Shown: positions 43,640 to 53,881 of the stretch, piece by piece | Numbering within the stretch: position 1 is the stretch's first letter | Layout of the letters: each line of letters begins with the position of its first letter | Source: Candidatus Micrarchaeia archaeon | GTDB lineage: Archaea > Micrarchaeota > Micrarchaeia > Burarchaeales > JACRGF01 | NCBI GenBank assembly: GCA_038890815.1 | Contig: JAWAFC010000001.1 | Coordinates: forward strand, 68,456 to 132,455 | Direction: 5' to 3' | Length of the DNA stretch: 64,000 bases | The notes under the pieces: model-generated | The model's database searches: none | Seen by the model: only the letters and a program-made list of their open reading frames with translations | What the model was told of the DNA's origin: nothing | Program-made: the position numbers and the translations under genes

Positions 43640-44617
43640 ATGGTGAATATGGTTGCTGAGGAGGTTAGGGATATCTGCAGGGACATCAGGGCCCTTAAAA
43701 TCCAGGGAGCTAGGGAAATCGCCAAGGCAGCCGTCCAGGCTCTGGGGATACAGGCGAGGAAGAGCAAGGCAAAAAAGCCCTCAGAGTTTCTGGCCGAGCT
43801 GCTTGAGGCCGCCGATGCGCTGGCCGCAACCCGGCCAACCGAGCCCATGCTACGCAACTCGCTGAGAAATGCCATTCGGCACGTGCTGGTGCAACTGAGG
43901 CGAAATAGGGCGATGAGCGTTGGGCAGCTCAAGGCCATCGTGGCGAGGGAGGAGACGAACTACTTCAAAAACGTCGAGGCTGCGTTGCGCAACATAGCCG
44001 AGTACGGAGCAAAGGAGATCCCGCAGGGGGCCACCGTCATAACCCACTGCCACTCCTCCACAGTGATGGCAGTGCTTAAGCGCGCGCATGAGCTCGGCAA
44101 GAGCATTGATGTCATCGCGTGTGAGACGAGGCCGAAGTATCAGGGCCACATCACAGCAAGGGAGCTGCGCGACGCGGGCGTGCCGGTCACGCTGATCGTC
44201 GATAGCGCGATGAAAAGCTTCATACGCGACGCTCACATCGCGCTCGTGGGGGCTGACGCGATCTCTGCAACAGGTGACCTGTACAACAAGATCGGCACTT
44301 CGGTTCTCGCGCTTGTGGCACACCATGCCGGCGTGCCATTCTACTCAGCAGCCGAGCTACACAAGTTCGACCCGCTCACCATGTGGGGAACGATGGAAAC
44401 CATCGAGGAGCGGGCTGCCGAGGAAATTGCGGGCGGGCCCGAATTCAAGGGCGTGCGAGTGCGCAACCCTGCCTTCGATGTCACTCCGGCGGAGCACATC
44501 CATGCGTATATCACAGAAATGGGCGTGATTCCACCACAGGGACTGCTCAGCTTTGTCAGGCATGCTTTTCCCGTGGATAACCCACTCGCGAGTTTCTTGG
44601 AGAAGAGAAAAAGGTGA
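43640..44617 (+). CDS. Ribose-1,5-bisphosphate isomerase (eIF-2B alpha/beta/delta-like, e2b2 family)
   Basis: The 325-aa ORF has the eIF2B-like fold sequence (VITHCHSSTVMAVLKRA...IACETRPKYQG..VGADAI). Confidence 0.8.
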   Translation: MVNMVAEEVRDICRDIRALKIQGAREIAKAAVQALGIQARKSKAKKPSEFLAELLEAADALAATRPTEPMLRNSLRNAIRHVLVQLRRNRAMSVGQLKAIVAREETNYFKNVEAALRNIAEYGAKEIPQGATVITHCHSSTVMAVLKRAHELGKSIDVIACETRPKYQGHITARELRDAGVPVTLIVDSAMKSFIRDAHIALVGADAISATGDLYNKIGTSVLALVAHHAGVPFYSAAELHKFDPLTMWGTMETIEERAAEEIAGGPEFKGVRVRNPAFDVTPAEHIHAYITEMGVIPPQGLLSFVRHAFPVDNPLASFLEKRKR

Positions 44618-44621
44618 ATGC

Positions 44622-46202
44622 ATGGATAAGGAAGGGATATGGAAATACAAGCCCCTGATAACCAGAGCCAAGTGTTTCGACATAGAGGCCGGGCCGCTCA
44701 TAGCCGTGCTCAATGAAGAGGAGGCGCACGAGAACGACATCTACACGGCGGATAGGATAATCCTGCAAAAGGGCGCGCAGGAGCTGACAGTGATCTGCGA
44801 CCTCAGCGCCACGCTAGTAAAACGGGGTGAGGTGGGAGTTTTCTCCGAAGTGATGAGGAAGTTGAAAATCAACCCAGGAGATCTCATTGAGATAAGGCAC
44901 ACCAGGCAGCCCGCAAGCGTGGATTTCATCAAGAAGAAAATGGATGGAAAGCCGCTGAAGGCCGAGGAGATAAACACTATAATCAGGGAAACCATAGAGA
45001 ACAAGCTCAGCGAAATTGAACTCAGTGCGTTCATCACGAGCCTGTATATACGGGGCCTCAGTCAGGAAGAGACAGTCGCGCTCACCAACGCCATAGTCGA
45101 GTCTGGGGCAACGCTCGAGCTTGGGAAAAAACCTATCGTTGACAAGCACTGCGCTGGTGGAGTGGCTGGAAACAGGACCACCATGGTCATGGTCCCGATT
45201 CTTGCTGCGGGTGGCCTGTATGTTCCAAAGACATCCTCGCGCTCCATAACCAGCGCGGCCGGGACTGCAGACACCATGGAAGTGCTAGCTAACGTGGAGT
45301 TCAGCGTTGAAGAGATGAGAAAGATTGTGCTGAAGACAGGCGGGTGCATCGTATGGGGAGGGGGGATAAACCTTGCGCCCGCCGATGACCATCTGATCAG
45401 GATAAGGCATCCCCTGAGGCTTGACCCAAGAGGGGTGCTGCTGGCGAGCATCCTAGCGAAGAAAAAAGCCGTGGGTGCGGAATACGTCGTCATCGACATC
45501 CCCGTTGGGAGGGGGGCGAAGATCGAGGACATGAAGACAGCAAGCAGCCTGGCTACCGATTTTCTTGAAATCGGCACGAAACTCGGCATGCGGCTTGAGG
45601 CATTCCTCACGGACGGCACAGACCCCGTGGGAAACGGCGTGGGGCCAGGTCTTGAGTGCATTGATGTGCTGAACGTGCTGCAGGGAAGCGGGCCGCATGA
45701 CCTGATGGACAAGAGCTGCCAGCTCGCAGGCGCGCTATTTGAAATGTGCGGCAAGGTAGAGAAAGGAAGGGGGTACGAGGTCGCGCTCAACCTGCTCAAG
45801 AGTGGTAAGGCGTACAACAAGATGCGCGAGATCATCGAAGCGCAGGGGGGCAATCCGAACGTGCGCATCGAGGATATTCCCGTCGGAAAGTTCCGACAAG
45901 AGATAGTTGCCGAGAAGGATGGTAGGGTGGAGCATGTGGATAACAGAATGGTCAATAAAATAGCGCGGGCGGCTGGCGCGCCCAAGGACAAGGGTGCAGG
46001 CGTCATCCTCCACACAGAGCACGGCGACCGCGTCAAGGCTGGCGATGTGCTGTTCGAGATAGTGGCAGAGAGCGAGGCGAAGCTCGACTTTGCGCTTAAG
46101 GCGCTCGAGGAGTGGCCCGTCGTCGAGCTACAGAAAGTCATACTCGGAAAAGTCTCGGAAGCCGAGCCCGTGATAAGGGAGCTACCACAAATTCCCCATT
46201 AG
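44622..46202 (+). CDS. deoA: AMP phosphorylase (archaeal thymidine-phosphorylase-family DeoA homolog)
   Basis: It reads DKHCAGGVAGNRTTMVMVPILAAGGLYVPKTSSRSITSAAGTADTMEVL. The ATG at 44622 is 4 nt after the stop of the upstream gene. The ORF tool start at 44553 overlaps that gene. Confidence 0.85.
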   Translation: MDKEGIWKYKPLITRAKCFDIEAGPLIAVLNEEEAHENDIYTADRIILQKGAQELTVICDLSATLVKRGEVGVFSEVMRKLKINPGDLIEIRHTRQPASVDFIKKKMDGKPLKAEEINTIIRETIENKLSEIELSAFITSLYIRGLSQEETVALTNAIVESGATLELGKKPIVDKHCAGGVAGNRTTMVMVPILAAGGLYVPKTSSRSITSAAGTADTMEVLANVEFSVEEMRKIVLKTGGCIVWGGGINLAPADDHLIRIRHPLRLDPRGVLLASILAKKKAVGAEYVVIDIPVGRGAKIEDMKTASSLATDFLEIGTKLGMRLEAFLTDGTDPVGNGVGPGLECIDVLNVLQGSGPHDLMDKSCQLAGALFEMCGKVEKGRGYEVALNLLKSGKAYNKMREIIEAQGGNPNVRIEDIPVGKFRQEIVAEKDGRVEHVDNRMVNKIARAAGAPKDKGAGVILHTEHGDRVKAGDVLFEIVAESEAKLDFALKALEEWPVVELQKVILGKVSEAEPVIRELPQIPH

Positions 46203-46227
46203 AAGCAAATTCACCGTAGCAAGGCCA

Positions 46228-47130
46228 CTAGCGTTTTAAAAGCGCAGCCAGCTCCAGCGCATCCTGTGCATTCAGAATCGGTTTTTTGGCCAGCTCGTAG
46301 TCCTCCCACAGACGCGGGCATGCTGTGTTTACATAACAGTCAAAAGAGCGGAAGTTTTCCAAAGAGAGAAAGTTTATCTCGTCGGCCACGAGAATGGCGG
46401 CTTTTCTCCCCGCCCTCTCCAACGCTTCCTTCACCTTCACCGCAATCCCCATGTTGTATTGTCCTGGTTTTGTCGAAACGAGTATGCCGAATGTTTTTGC
46501 CTCGCTGGCTTTCGAGAACATCGCGCGCCTTTTCCTTTCCAGCCTTGCCAGTTCGGCATTCAGTCTTCTTACTGTGTTGGAGAATGGGTCGCAGGCGATG
46601 AGCGGTTTCCCGCCGGCCTTTATCCCGAGAGGGTGGAAGGCTCCTCCTCCGAAGAAAAGGATAGCGTCCGCCTTTTCCAAGACGCTGGAAACCGCGCTGT
46701 CATCACAACCGAGCACCTGTCCGGGATAGGACGTGAGACGGCCTTTGCCGATGAGGACGATTTTGCCTCTCCTCTCGAGAAAGCGTTTTATTCCGGCGAG
46801 CTGCTTTGCGTGCTGTACTGTAGTTGCAAGCGCAATAGTTTTCGCCCCCCTCAGCTCCGCCACCGCTTTCTCAAGAACTGGCCTAAAATCGACTTTGACA
46901 AAATGCTCGACATACTCGACTGGAACCTCCTTGAGCTCGATGAACTTGGAATGGCCGAAGTGAATGATCTTGTCCGCGCCGATCCTTCTCGCCTCATCCA
47001 CAGCGATGTCACACGCACCATAGCAAGGGGATGCGGAAATGAAGACATCGTGGCCTTCTTTCTCCAGCTTCGCAGCATGTGCGAGCGCCTCGTGCTTGAG
47101 GCCTTCCGGGAACTGCAACAGGATGCGCAT
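46228..47130 (-). CDS. dph2: Diphthamide biosynthesis enzyme Dph2 (2-(3-amino-3-carboxypropyl)histidine synthase)
   Basis: It has three conserved Cys regions (SPCYGAC, GCDD, NTACPRL), and the ORF is 300 aa. Confidence 0.8.
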   Translation of the reverse strand: MRILLQFPEGLKHEALAHAAKLEKEGHDVFISASPCYGACDIAVDEARRIGADKIIHFGHSKFIELKEVPVEYVEHFVKVDFRPVLEKAVAELRGAKTIALATTVQHAKQLAGIKRFLERRGKIVLIGKGRLTSYPGQVLGCDDSAVSSVLEKADAILFFGGGAFHPLGIKAGGKPLIACDPFSNTVRRLNAELARLERKRRAMFSKASEAKTFGILVSTKPGQYNMGIAVKVKEALERAGRKAAILVADEINFLSLENFRSFDCYVNTACPRLWEDYELAKKPILNAQDALELAALLKR

Positions 47131-47134
47131 GAAA

Positions 47135-48001
47135 TCACTTTGGCTTTATTTGCTGGAAATGGTTCAAAAGCTGTTTCCTAAGCGTTTGCGGGTTGGCCGC
47201 AGCAATGTGGGCGAGCGCTTGCTCGATTTTTTGCTGTGCATATCCCTTGAAGTCGAATTTCAAGCCGGCAGCCTTTTCTTTTATTTTGGTGAACTCCTTG
47301 TGGAACGAGTCGATGAAAGATGCCGCTATCGTCCTGTTCAGCGCGTGCTCGCTCTTTTTTCTTATTAGAAGACGCTCCAGCACGTTGAACACTTCTTCAA
47401 GCGAGCCGATGCGCTGGAAAGTGGTGGTCAAATCGATGTTGGCAATTTTAAGCCTGGTTTCGCTGCTTTTGTCCTCCATCAGAACGAAGTTATCGGGTGC
47501 CCTGTCCGCGAGACCTGCGGCATAAGCGTACGCCATGGCGCTTCCAAACTCTTTCGCAAGCGGGAGATGGTCGGCTTGTTCGAAAATCTTGTCGCCAGAG
47601 ATGCCCGGCAAACCCTCGATGATAAAAAAATCTTCAACCCACAACGTCGCCGGGGCCATTCCACCAAGTGCTTTGATGAAAACACTTCCATGAAACTCTG
47701 CTTCAAAACTGAAGCCCCTGCGGGTCTTGAAATAGAGAAATCTGCTTGGTGAGCCAACACGCCCTTTTGCCTTTTCAAATTCAACGCGAAAAACGGCTCT
47801 CGCGTCGAAATCGGATAACTGGGACTTTATTAATGTGATGTGCAACGGCTTTTCGCCAAACCTTTTGTAGCAAATTTCTTCGATTTGCCCGATATGCCTC
47901 TCTCTCAAATCTTCGTACTCTGGAACTTTGAAAAATGGCCGCATGGCCGGTGCAGAAGGCTGAGCAATAGGCCGTGCCCTGAGGGCAGTTTTCTGTGCCA
48001 T
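47135..48001 (-). CDS. Hypothetical protein, possibly an atypical kinase-like fold (RIO/Kdo-kinase-like)
   Basis: It has a catalytic-loop-like DRAPDNFVL and an ANIDL segment. Functional support is weak. Confidence 0.5.
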   Translation of the reverse strand: MAQKTALRARPIAQPSAPAMRPFFKVPEYEDLRERHIGQIEEICYKRFGEKPLHITLIKSQLSDFDARAVFRVEFEKAKGRVGSPSRFLYFKTRRGFSFEAEFHGSVFIKALGGMAPATLWVEDFFIIEGLPGISGDKIFEQADHLPLAKEFGSAMAYAYAAGLADRAPDNFVLMEDKSSETRLKIANIDLTTTFQRIGSLEEVFNVLERLLIRKKSEHALNRTIAASFIDSFHKEFTKIKEKAAGLKFDFKGYAQQKIEQALAHIAAANPQTLRKQLLNHFQQIKPK

Positions 48002-48040
48002 ATGAGGTTTTTAATCTCTCGAAATATATAAAGGAGGCTG

Positions 48041-50440
48041 CTATGATTTGTGCTCCTCAAGCCCAAACTTTTCTTCCATCTTTTTCTCCATTTCCTTAAG
48101 CTCGCTGAGGCGCTTTAGGATGAGGCGCTGTTCGGCCGCGGCCACTATCTTGCGTGTTCGCTCAACGGCATCGGGATTGACGCTTATGCTGGTGACACCG
48201 AACTCAACAAGCTTTTCGGCGAACTCTGGATACACGCTAGGCGCCTGGCCGCATAGGGAAACCGTGACGCCATATCGCCTGCAAACCGATGTCACGTGCT
48301 TTATGGCCCGCAGCACTGCTGCGTTTCTCTCGTCAAACTCTGCTGCAAGCGTAGGGTTGTCGCGATCGATGCCCATGATGAGTTGCGTCAGATCGTTGCT
48401 GCCTATCGACACGCCATCGATGCCTTCCTTGCAGAACTCCTCGATGAGGAAGACCGTGCTGGGCACCTCGACCATTATCCAGAGCTTGAAGTCGCGCGTG
48501 CGGTGCAAGCCTGCCTCTGACATCTGTTGCTTGATGTGCCTCACTTCGCCAGTCCTCCTGACGAACGGGATCATGAGCCACACATTGCGCAGGCCATACA
48601 CTTCGCGGACTTTCTTTATGGCATCAAGCTCCATGCGAAATACATCCGGCTCCCTTATGTAGCGCGAGCAGCCGCGATAGCCCATCATGGGGTTAGCTTC
48701 GACCGGCTCGTACTTCTCGCCCCCCTCGAGATTGCGGTATTCGTTTGTCTTGAAGTCGGTCGCACGATAAACTACGGGTCGGGGATAGAATGCCGAGGCA
48801 AACCGCCGTATGCCCTCGGCCAGCTTATCCACAAATTCCTGCCTGCGCCCTTCCTCGAGCATCTTGCGGGGGTGCTCGCCGATCTCTGCGATCATGAATT
48901 CGGCGCGCAACAGGCCCACGCCATCCACGGGCAGCTGGGCGACCTTCTCTGCGAGCGCTACTTCCCCGAGGTTGACATAGATCTTCGTCCCAGTTATCGG
49001 CGCATACTCGGCCTTCACGGCCGGCGAGACTTCCTCGGGCCTGACAATGCTCTCAAGCGCGACCTCGCCCTCGTACACTATGCCGTGGTCGGCGTCTACA
49101 GTCACGATTGTGTCGTCCTTAAGCACTGTAGTGGCATTACCCGTGCCCACTATGCAAGGAATACCCATCTCGCGCGATACAATGGCTGCATGACAAGTGC
49201 TGCCTCCGGAGTTGGTGATGATGGCGCTGGCCTTTCGCATGGCCGGCACGAAATCAGGCGTGGTCATCTCGGTTACCAGCACGGCGCCCTGTTCCATTTT
49301 GGCGAGCTCTCGTATGGAGGCGATTTGCTTGACCGGCCCGACCGCTACACCAGGGCTCGCGCCCAGTCCGCGCACGAGGATGGTCGCCCTCTCCACGGGG
49401 ATGCGCTCTTTCTTTTCTCTCGGCTTTTCCTTCACTCCGGCTTCTGCTTTCTCTGCCTTCTTGAGTGTGGTAATTGGCCTGGACTGCACGATGTAGAGCT
49501 TTCCGTCCCTATAGGCCCACTCAATGTCCTGCGGGCTGCCATAGTGCTCTTCGATGATTTTGCCGAGCTTGGCCAGCTCGAGGATATACTTGTCATCAAG
49601 CTTTTGCCGCCCCCTCATCTCGGTCTCCACGTTCACGTGCTCATTCTTGGTGCCGACTTTTGTTATCATCCAGCTTTGTTCCACAATGTCTTTGCTGATT
49701 ATTTTGAGCTTGGCTTTGTCCACTGTATACCTGTCAGGCGTGATCGAGCCTGAGACCACTATCTCGCCAAGCCCGTAAGCGGCCTCAATGACCATCCTGT
49801 TGGGGTCATGGGTGATGGGATCAACCGTGAAGAGCACGCCACTACGCTCGCTCTGAACCATTTCCTGCACGACGGCGGCCAGCCCCACTTTGAGATGGTC
49901 GTAGCCCTTTTCCTGCCTATAGAATATCGCCCTCGCCTCAAAAAGGGAGGCCCAGCACGCTTTCACGGCATCCACGACGTTCTCGGCGCCCTTTACGTTG
50001 AGAAATGTTGCCTGCTGGCCGGCGAAGCTTGCCTCGGGCAGGTCCTCGGCAGTGGCCGATGACCTGACCGCAACATAAACCTCCTGCTCTGGCGTCGGGG
50101 TGCGCGTGCCGCACAGGTCGAAGTAGGCATTTACGATGTCGTTGCGGATGTCCTCGAGCATCGGCGCGCTGAGGATAAGGCTTTTTATCTCATCGCTGAC
50201 CGCCTGCAGGCGCGCCGTGTCCCGCACGTCGAGAGTGGCGGTAAGCTCGCGAATCTTGTCCCGTAGGCCTGTATGCTCAATGAATCTGAAGTAAGCATCG
50301 CTCGTGACCACAAAGCCTGGTGGAACGGGCAGCTGCATGCCGGCCATTTCGCCCAGATTGGCGCCCTTGCCGCCTGCAATTCTCACATCCTCCTTGCCTA
50401 TCTCCGAAAACCAGACTATATTCCCCGCCATTGCCACCAC
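48041..50440 (-). CDS. ppsA: Phosphoenolpyruvate synthase (pyruvate, water dikinase)
   Basis: The 799-aa ORF has an N-terminal ATP-grasp domain, a phosphohistidine domain (GGSTCHAAIVSREMGIPCIVG) and a C-terminal PEP-utilising TIM barrel. Confidence 0.9.
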   Translation of the reverse strand: MVAMAGNIVWFSEIGKEDVRIAGGKGANLGEMAGMQLPVPPGFVVTSDAYFRFIEHTGLRDKIRELTATLDVRDTARLQAVSDEIKSLILSAPMLEDIRNDIVNAYFDLCGTRTPTPEQEVYVAVRSSATAEDLPEASFAGQQATFLNVKGAENVVDAVKACWASLFEARAIFYRQEKGYDHLKVGLAAVVQEMVQSERSGVLFTVDPITHDPNRMVIEAAYGLGEIVVSGSITPDRYTVDKAKLKIISKDIVEQSWMITKVGTKNEHVNVETEMRGRQKLDDKYILELAKLGKIIEEHYGSPQDIEWAYRDGKLYIVQSRPITTLKKAEKAEAGVKEKPREKKERIPVERATILVRGLGASPGVAVGPVKQIASIRELAKMEQGAVLVTEMTTPDFVPAMRKASAIITNSGGSTCHAAIVSREMGIPCIVGTGNATTVLKDDTIVTVDADHGIVYEGEVALESIVRPEEVSPAVKAEYAPITGTKIYVNLGEVALAEKVAQLPVDGVGLLRAEFMIAEIGEHPRKMLEEGRRQEFVDKLAEGIRRFASAFYPRPVVYRATDFKTNEYRNLEGGEKYEPVEANPMMGYRGCSRYIREPDVFRMELDAIKKVREVYGLRNVWLMIPFVRRTGEVRHIKQQMSEAGLHRTRDFKLWIMVEVPSTVFLIEEFCKEGIDGVSIGSNDLTQLIMGIDRDNPTLAAEFDERNAAVLRAIKHVTSVCRRYGVTVSLCGQAPSVYPEFAEKLVEFGVTSISVNPDAVERTRKIVAAAEQRLILKRLSELKEMEKKMEEKFGLEEHKS

Positions 50441-50472
50441 GCAGTGGCTTTCGTCTTACCCTTTTTAATTCT

Positions 50473-51423
50473 TTACTCCGGCGGACGGCTAAGTCTGATG
50501 TGCTCTCCATTGCACTGCACATCGAACTCTATGAGCGGCTTGAGCTGCGAGCCCTGGAGCTTCGGCTCGAGCTGCTCAAGAACCTGAAACATTCCGGCCT
50601 CGTTGTCCATCTCAATGCAGACGAGCACGGGCTTGCTGGTGCCCGCGAGCACCGAGACCTTCTTGATCGCCCGGGCAGAAATCTTGTGCATGTCACTCTT
50701 TGTCGCCCATCTCGCCCTGCCCTCTTCCATGTCAAGCGCGTCCGCCACGCGCACTATTCCATAAATCGGACCGGGTGCTGCCACGTCCTTGTCGTGGTAG
50801 CGTATGCAGGCTTGGACAAATGCCTTGAGCGAAGTCCGCATCGCGGCATCCCGGTAGGTGGGCGCGAGCACGCTGTCGAGGATGGGCTCTGCGATGAACG
50901 TGGAGGTGATGGCATGCTGGTTGCGGTGGTAGGCGTTGCCAATGTCATGGAAGAGGCCCGCGAGCGCGATGCCAACTTCGATGTCCTCTTTTTCGAGAAC
51001 CACGCTCCCATGCTTCAATCTCTCGGGTATGTGGCCGCTTTCCTGCAGTATGCGGAGTATTTCCAGAGCGTAGCTTGCTGTGATGAGCGCGTGGTGGTGG
51101 CCGTGCTCGTTGAGGTTCAGCTCCCTGGCGCGCTGCTTGGAGCATGCAAAAAGCTCATTGACCTCGACGTTGTGAAAAACGCGCTCGAGGATTTCCTGAA
51201 GCCGCTTGTTTCCCCTGGTGAAAATGGGAAGCCCGACGAAACCCTCCTCGTTTCTAATCTGCAAGAACTTAGTCGGAAAAGGCGCCCCGTCTTTTTTGCG
51301 CTGAGCAGCCTTTTGTCTTGCCTTGATGATGTCCACCGAGCCACACCGCAAGAAGATATGTCTTTTAAGAAATAAAAACCCTGCCCTCACAGAAAGCCCA
51401 TGGGCTGGAGCTCGATGTTCCAC
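50473..51423 (-). CDS. HD-domain metal-dependent phosphohydrolase
   Basis: It has the motifs H..HHHALITASYALEI and LFHDIGNAYH. Confidence 0.7.
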   Translation of the reverse strand: MEHRAPAHGLSVRAGFLFLKRHIFLRCGSVDIIKARQKAAQRKKDGAPFPTKFLQIRNEEGFVGLPIFTRGNKRLQEILERVFHNVEVNELFACSKQRARELNLNEHGHHHALITASYALEILRILQESGHIPERLKHGSVVLEKEDIEVGIALAGLFHDIGNAYHRNQHAITSTFIAEPILDSVLAPTYRDAAMRTSLKAFVQACIRYHDKDVAAPGPIYGIVRVADALDMEEGRARWATKSDMHKISARAIKKVSVLAGTSKPVLVCIEMDNEAGMFQVLEQLEPKLQGSQLKPLIEFDVQCNGEHIRLSRPPE

Positions 51424-52460
51424 AAGCCAATCTTTTTAGCGTAATCCACTGCCTCCGCGTACTCCTCTGGCCGCAGCCTCCTCGAAATATCCGGGAAGTC
51501 GAACGCCTTGTACTCGGGGTGGTACTGGCTCATGATGTTCACGCGCACGCGGTCGCCCAGGTTTGCCTTAATCCAATCGAAGATGGGTTTTGTGTCGCAT
51601 TCGAGGTGGCCGGGCATGACGAGGTGGCGGACGAGAATTTCTGCCTGATTTATCGCCATCAGATTGTTTCGCTTGACCGTATCCCAATAGTTGGGCGCTT
51701 TTGAGAGGCGCATGGCGCATCGGTCGTCAGCGTACTTGATATCATCGATGAAAACATCGACCACGCCGTGCAACAAGCGCATGCCCTCCACGCTGAGAAA
51801 CATGTTCGAGTTCCAGATAACCGGGATGTTGATGTCGCACTCGGCCAGCCACCGCAGAATTGTATGGAGGTTCGGCGTCGGCTCTCCCCCCACAAAATTT
51901 ACATTCCGGATGCGAAAGCCGCCGGGAGCACTCCTGCGCTCAGCTATCCAGTCGCAGTAGTCCCGACTGCTCCACACCGTCCCTCGCTCTGGAAAGAATG
52001 CGATGTCCCAGTTCTGGCAGAACGCGCACGCTAGGTTGCAGCCAGCAAAAAAAATCGTCCCGCTGGGAACGAACTCGGGCTCTTCGCCGAGGTGCTCAAA
52101 GGCCGAGGCAACGCGCGAGACATACCCTACGCGACACCAGCCGAGCTTGCCTGCCTTCCTGTTCGCCCCGCACCTTCGCTCGCAGAAAATGCACGCCTCG
52201 GTCAAGGTATCGGCAATTTTCGCTTTCAGGTCAAGGAGATTTGGCGAGGCCTTGGGCATACGGGCGAGCTCGTGCAGCGAAGAGATTTTTTTGAGAAGCT
52301 GCTCAAACCTCGCCACCCCCTTCTCGTGTTCTTCCCAATTCTCATCGATGTTTTCGCTTATCTTTGCGGGAACCCGTTTTGCGATGAGAAAGCGTGCTGG
52401 TAGCTCGTCGGCCGTCACTCGCAGATACCTTCCGAGGGCAAGCTCGAGCCCCTTGTCCAT
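51387..52460 (-). CDS. Radical SAM enzyme (PflA-like; AmmeMemoRadiSam-type activating enzyme)
   Basis: It has the CxxxCxxC cluster (GCNLACAFCQNW) and an additional N-terminal Cys motif (CIFCERRC). Confidence 0.75.
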   Translation of the reverse strand: MDKGLELALGRYLRVTADELPARFLIAKRVPAKISENIDENWEEHEKGVARFEQLLKKISSLHELARMPKASPNLLDLKAKIADTLTEACIFCERRCGANRKAGKLGWCRVGYVSRVASAFEHLGEEPEFVPSGTIFFAGCNLACAFCQNWDIAFFPERGTVWSSRDYCDWIAERRSAPGGFRIRNVNFVGGEPTPNLHTILRWLAECDINIPVIWNSNMFLSVEGMRLLHGVVDVFIDDIKYADDRCAMRLSKAPNYWDTVKRNNLMAINQAEILVRHLVMPGHLECDTKPIFDWIKANLGDRVRVNIMSQYHPEYKAFDFPDISRRLRPEEYAEAVDYAKKIGLWNIELQPMGFL

Positions 52461-52563
52461 GCTATCTCTTTGGCCGCCCTTTGATATATAAATGCCTCAC
52501 GGCAATTTGGCTCGCTCCTGCGAAATGGTGCAGAAGGTTTTTTCTTAATTATGTGAAAAACAG

Positions 52564-53592
52564 ATGGGGGGTGTTGGATTGATAATTGGTTTGACTGGAG
52601 AGAACTGCGCGGGCAAGGGCACGGTGGCTGCCTATCTCGCAAAAAAAAGCTTCCATTACTACTCGCTTTCGGATGTCATAAGGGAAGAGCTGGTCAGCGA
52701 GGGGAAGGAGGTTACCAGGGAAAACCTCATCAAAAAAGGCAATGAGCTACGCAAGAAATACGGCGAAGGCATTCTGGCTGAAAAAATTGCAATGAGGCTC
52801 GAGCCCGGCAGAAATTACGTCATAGATTCGATCAGACATCCGAAAGAGGTTGCGGTGTTTAAGAAAATGAAGGATTTCATTCTGGTCCATGTCACTGCCC
52901 TTCCAGAAATCAGATTTGAGCGCATGCGCGCGAGAGGCAGGGAGGGCGACCCAAAAACGCTGGAGGCTTTTTTAAGGCTCGAAGAACAGGAGGCCAAATC
53001 AAAGGATGGCTCAGGCCAACAGCTGCTGAGGACAATAAAGATGGCTGATAGGAAAATTGAGAACAACAGCACGTTTGAGCATCTGTATGACGCGGTGGAT
53101 ACGCTGCTTGCTGAAGTTTCTGCGGAGTTCAAGCTTGCGCGCCCCTCTTGGGATGCCTATTTCATGAACATAGCTAAGGTGGTGGCGAGCCGGAGCAACT
53201 GCATAAAGAGGCACGTGGCAAGCGTCATAGTGAAAGACAAACGCATCATATCCACAGGCTATAATGGCACGCCGCGTGGCCTGAAAAACTGCAATGAAGG
53301 TGGGTGCCCGCGCTGCAACGCCTTTGCCAATGCCGGAAGCCGACTCGAGGAATGCCTGTGCTCGCACGGTGAGGAGAACGCCATCGTGCAGGCCGCCTAC
53401 CACGGCATAAGCGTTAAGGGAGCAACACTCTACACAACCTATTCGCCGTGTCTGCTGTGCGCCAAGATGATAATAAATGCTGGAATCAACGAAGTTGTCT
53501 ATAATGCGGATTATCCACTCGCTGACACTGTGAGCAGGATGTTCAAGGAGGCTGGCGTGATTTTCAGGCAATATAAATTTGAAGAAAAATAG
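52564..53592 (+). CDS. Fusion protein with an N-terminal P-loop nucleotide-kinase-like domain and a C-terminal dCMP/CMP deaminase domain
   Basis: The N-terminal domain has Walker A (GLTGENCAGKGTVAAYL). The C-terminal domain has the zinc-binding deaminase motifs CSHGEENAI (H/C-x-E) and SPCLLCAKMI (PCxxC). Confidence 0.8.
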   Translation: MGGVGLIIGLTGENCAGKGTVAAYLAKKSFHYYSLSDVIREELVSEGKEVTRENLIKKGNELRKKYGEGILAEKIAMRLEPGRNYVIDSIRHPKEVAVFKKMKDFILVHVTALPEIRFERMRARGREGDPKTLEAFLRLEEQEAKSKDGSGQQLLRTIKMADRKIENNSTFEHLYDAVDTLLAEVSAEFKLARPSWDAYFMNIAKVVASRSNCIKRHVASVIVKDKRIISTGYNGTPRGLKNCNEGGCPRCNAFANAGSRLEECLCSHGEENAIVQAAYHGISVKGATLYTTYSPCLLCAKMIINAGINEVVYNADYPLADTVSRMFKEAGVIFRQYKFEEK

Positions 53593-53650
53593 CCGGCGGC
53601 GAGCTGAAGTCTTGTTCCGACGAATTTATAAATACCGCCGCAGAAGGTAG

Positions 53651-53881
53651 GTGAGAGGTGATTTTTTGGGCAGGAGAATTGGAAAGGAAAAGATTGAAAG
53701 AGAAGAGGGCTATCTCTACTATGTGGGTAAAGATGGATATGTCTGGAGAGCGCCGATGAAGAACAACCCGGGGGGGACCAAGAAGAGGGTTGGGACTGAA
53801 AAAATTGAGAAGAGAGCCGGCTACATGTATTACCTTGACAAGGAAGGCTACGTGTGTGAGGCGAAGCTGAAAAACGCTTGA
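53651..53881 (+). CDS. Small basic protein with an internal tandem duplication (hypothetical)
   Basis: The 76-aa ORF contains two ~30-aa repeats (KIEREEGYLYYVGKDGYVWRA and KIEKRAGYMYYLDKEGYVCEA). Confidence 0.35.
   Translation: MRGDFLGRRIGKEKIEREEGYLYYVGKDGYVWRAPMKNNPGGTKKRVGTEKIEKRAGYMYYLDKEGYVCEAKLKNA

Noticed and set aside
43561-43938. N-terminal 126-codon extension of the third ftsZ ORF
   Set aside because: It would overlap the divergent R15P isomerase gene by 300 nt. FtsZ homology begins about 36 codons before GIGGSG, so the start was moved to GTG 43560 or TTG 43587.
45062-46141. 359-aa minus ORF inside the AMP phosphorylase gene. Similar long antisense ORFs occur at 42644..43609 (inside ftsZ), 48527..49753 (inside ppsA) and 31910..32698 and 32466..33299 (inside the ilv genes).
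   Set aside because: These are Ser/Ala/Pro/Arg-rich shadow ORFs antisense to well-supported genes, with no motifs.
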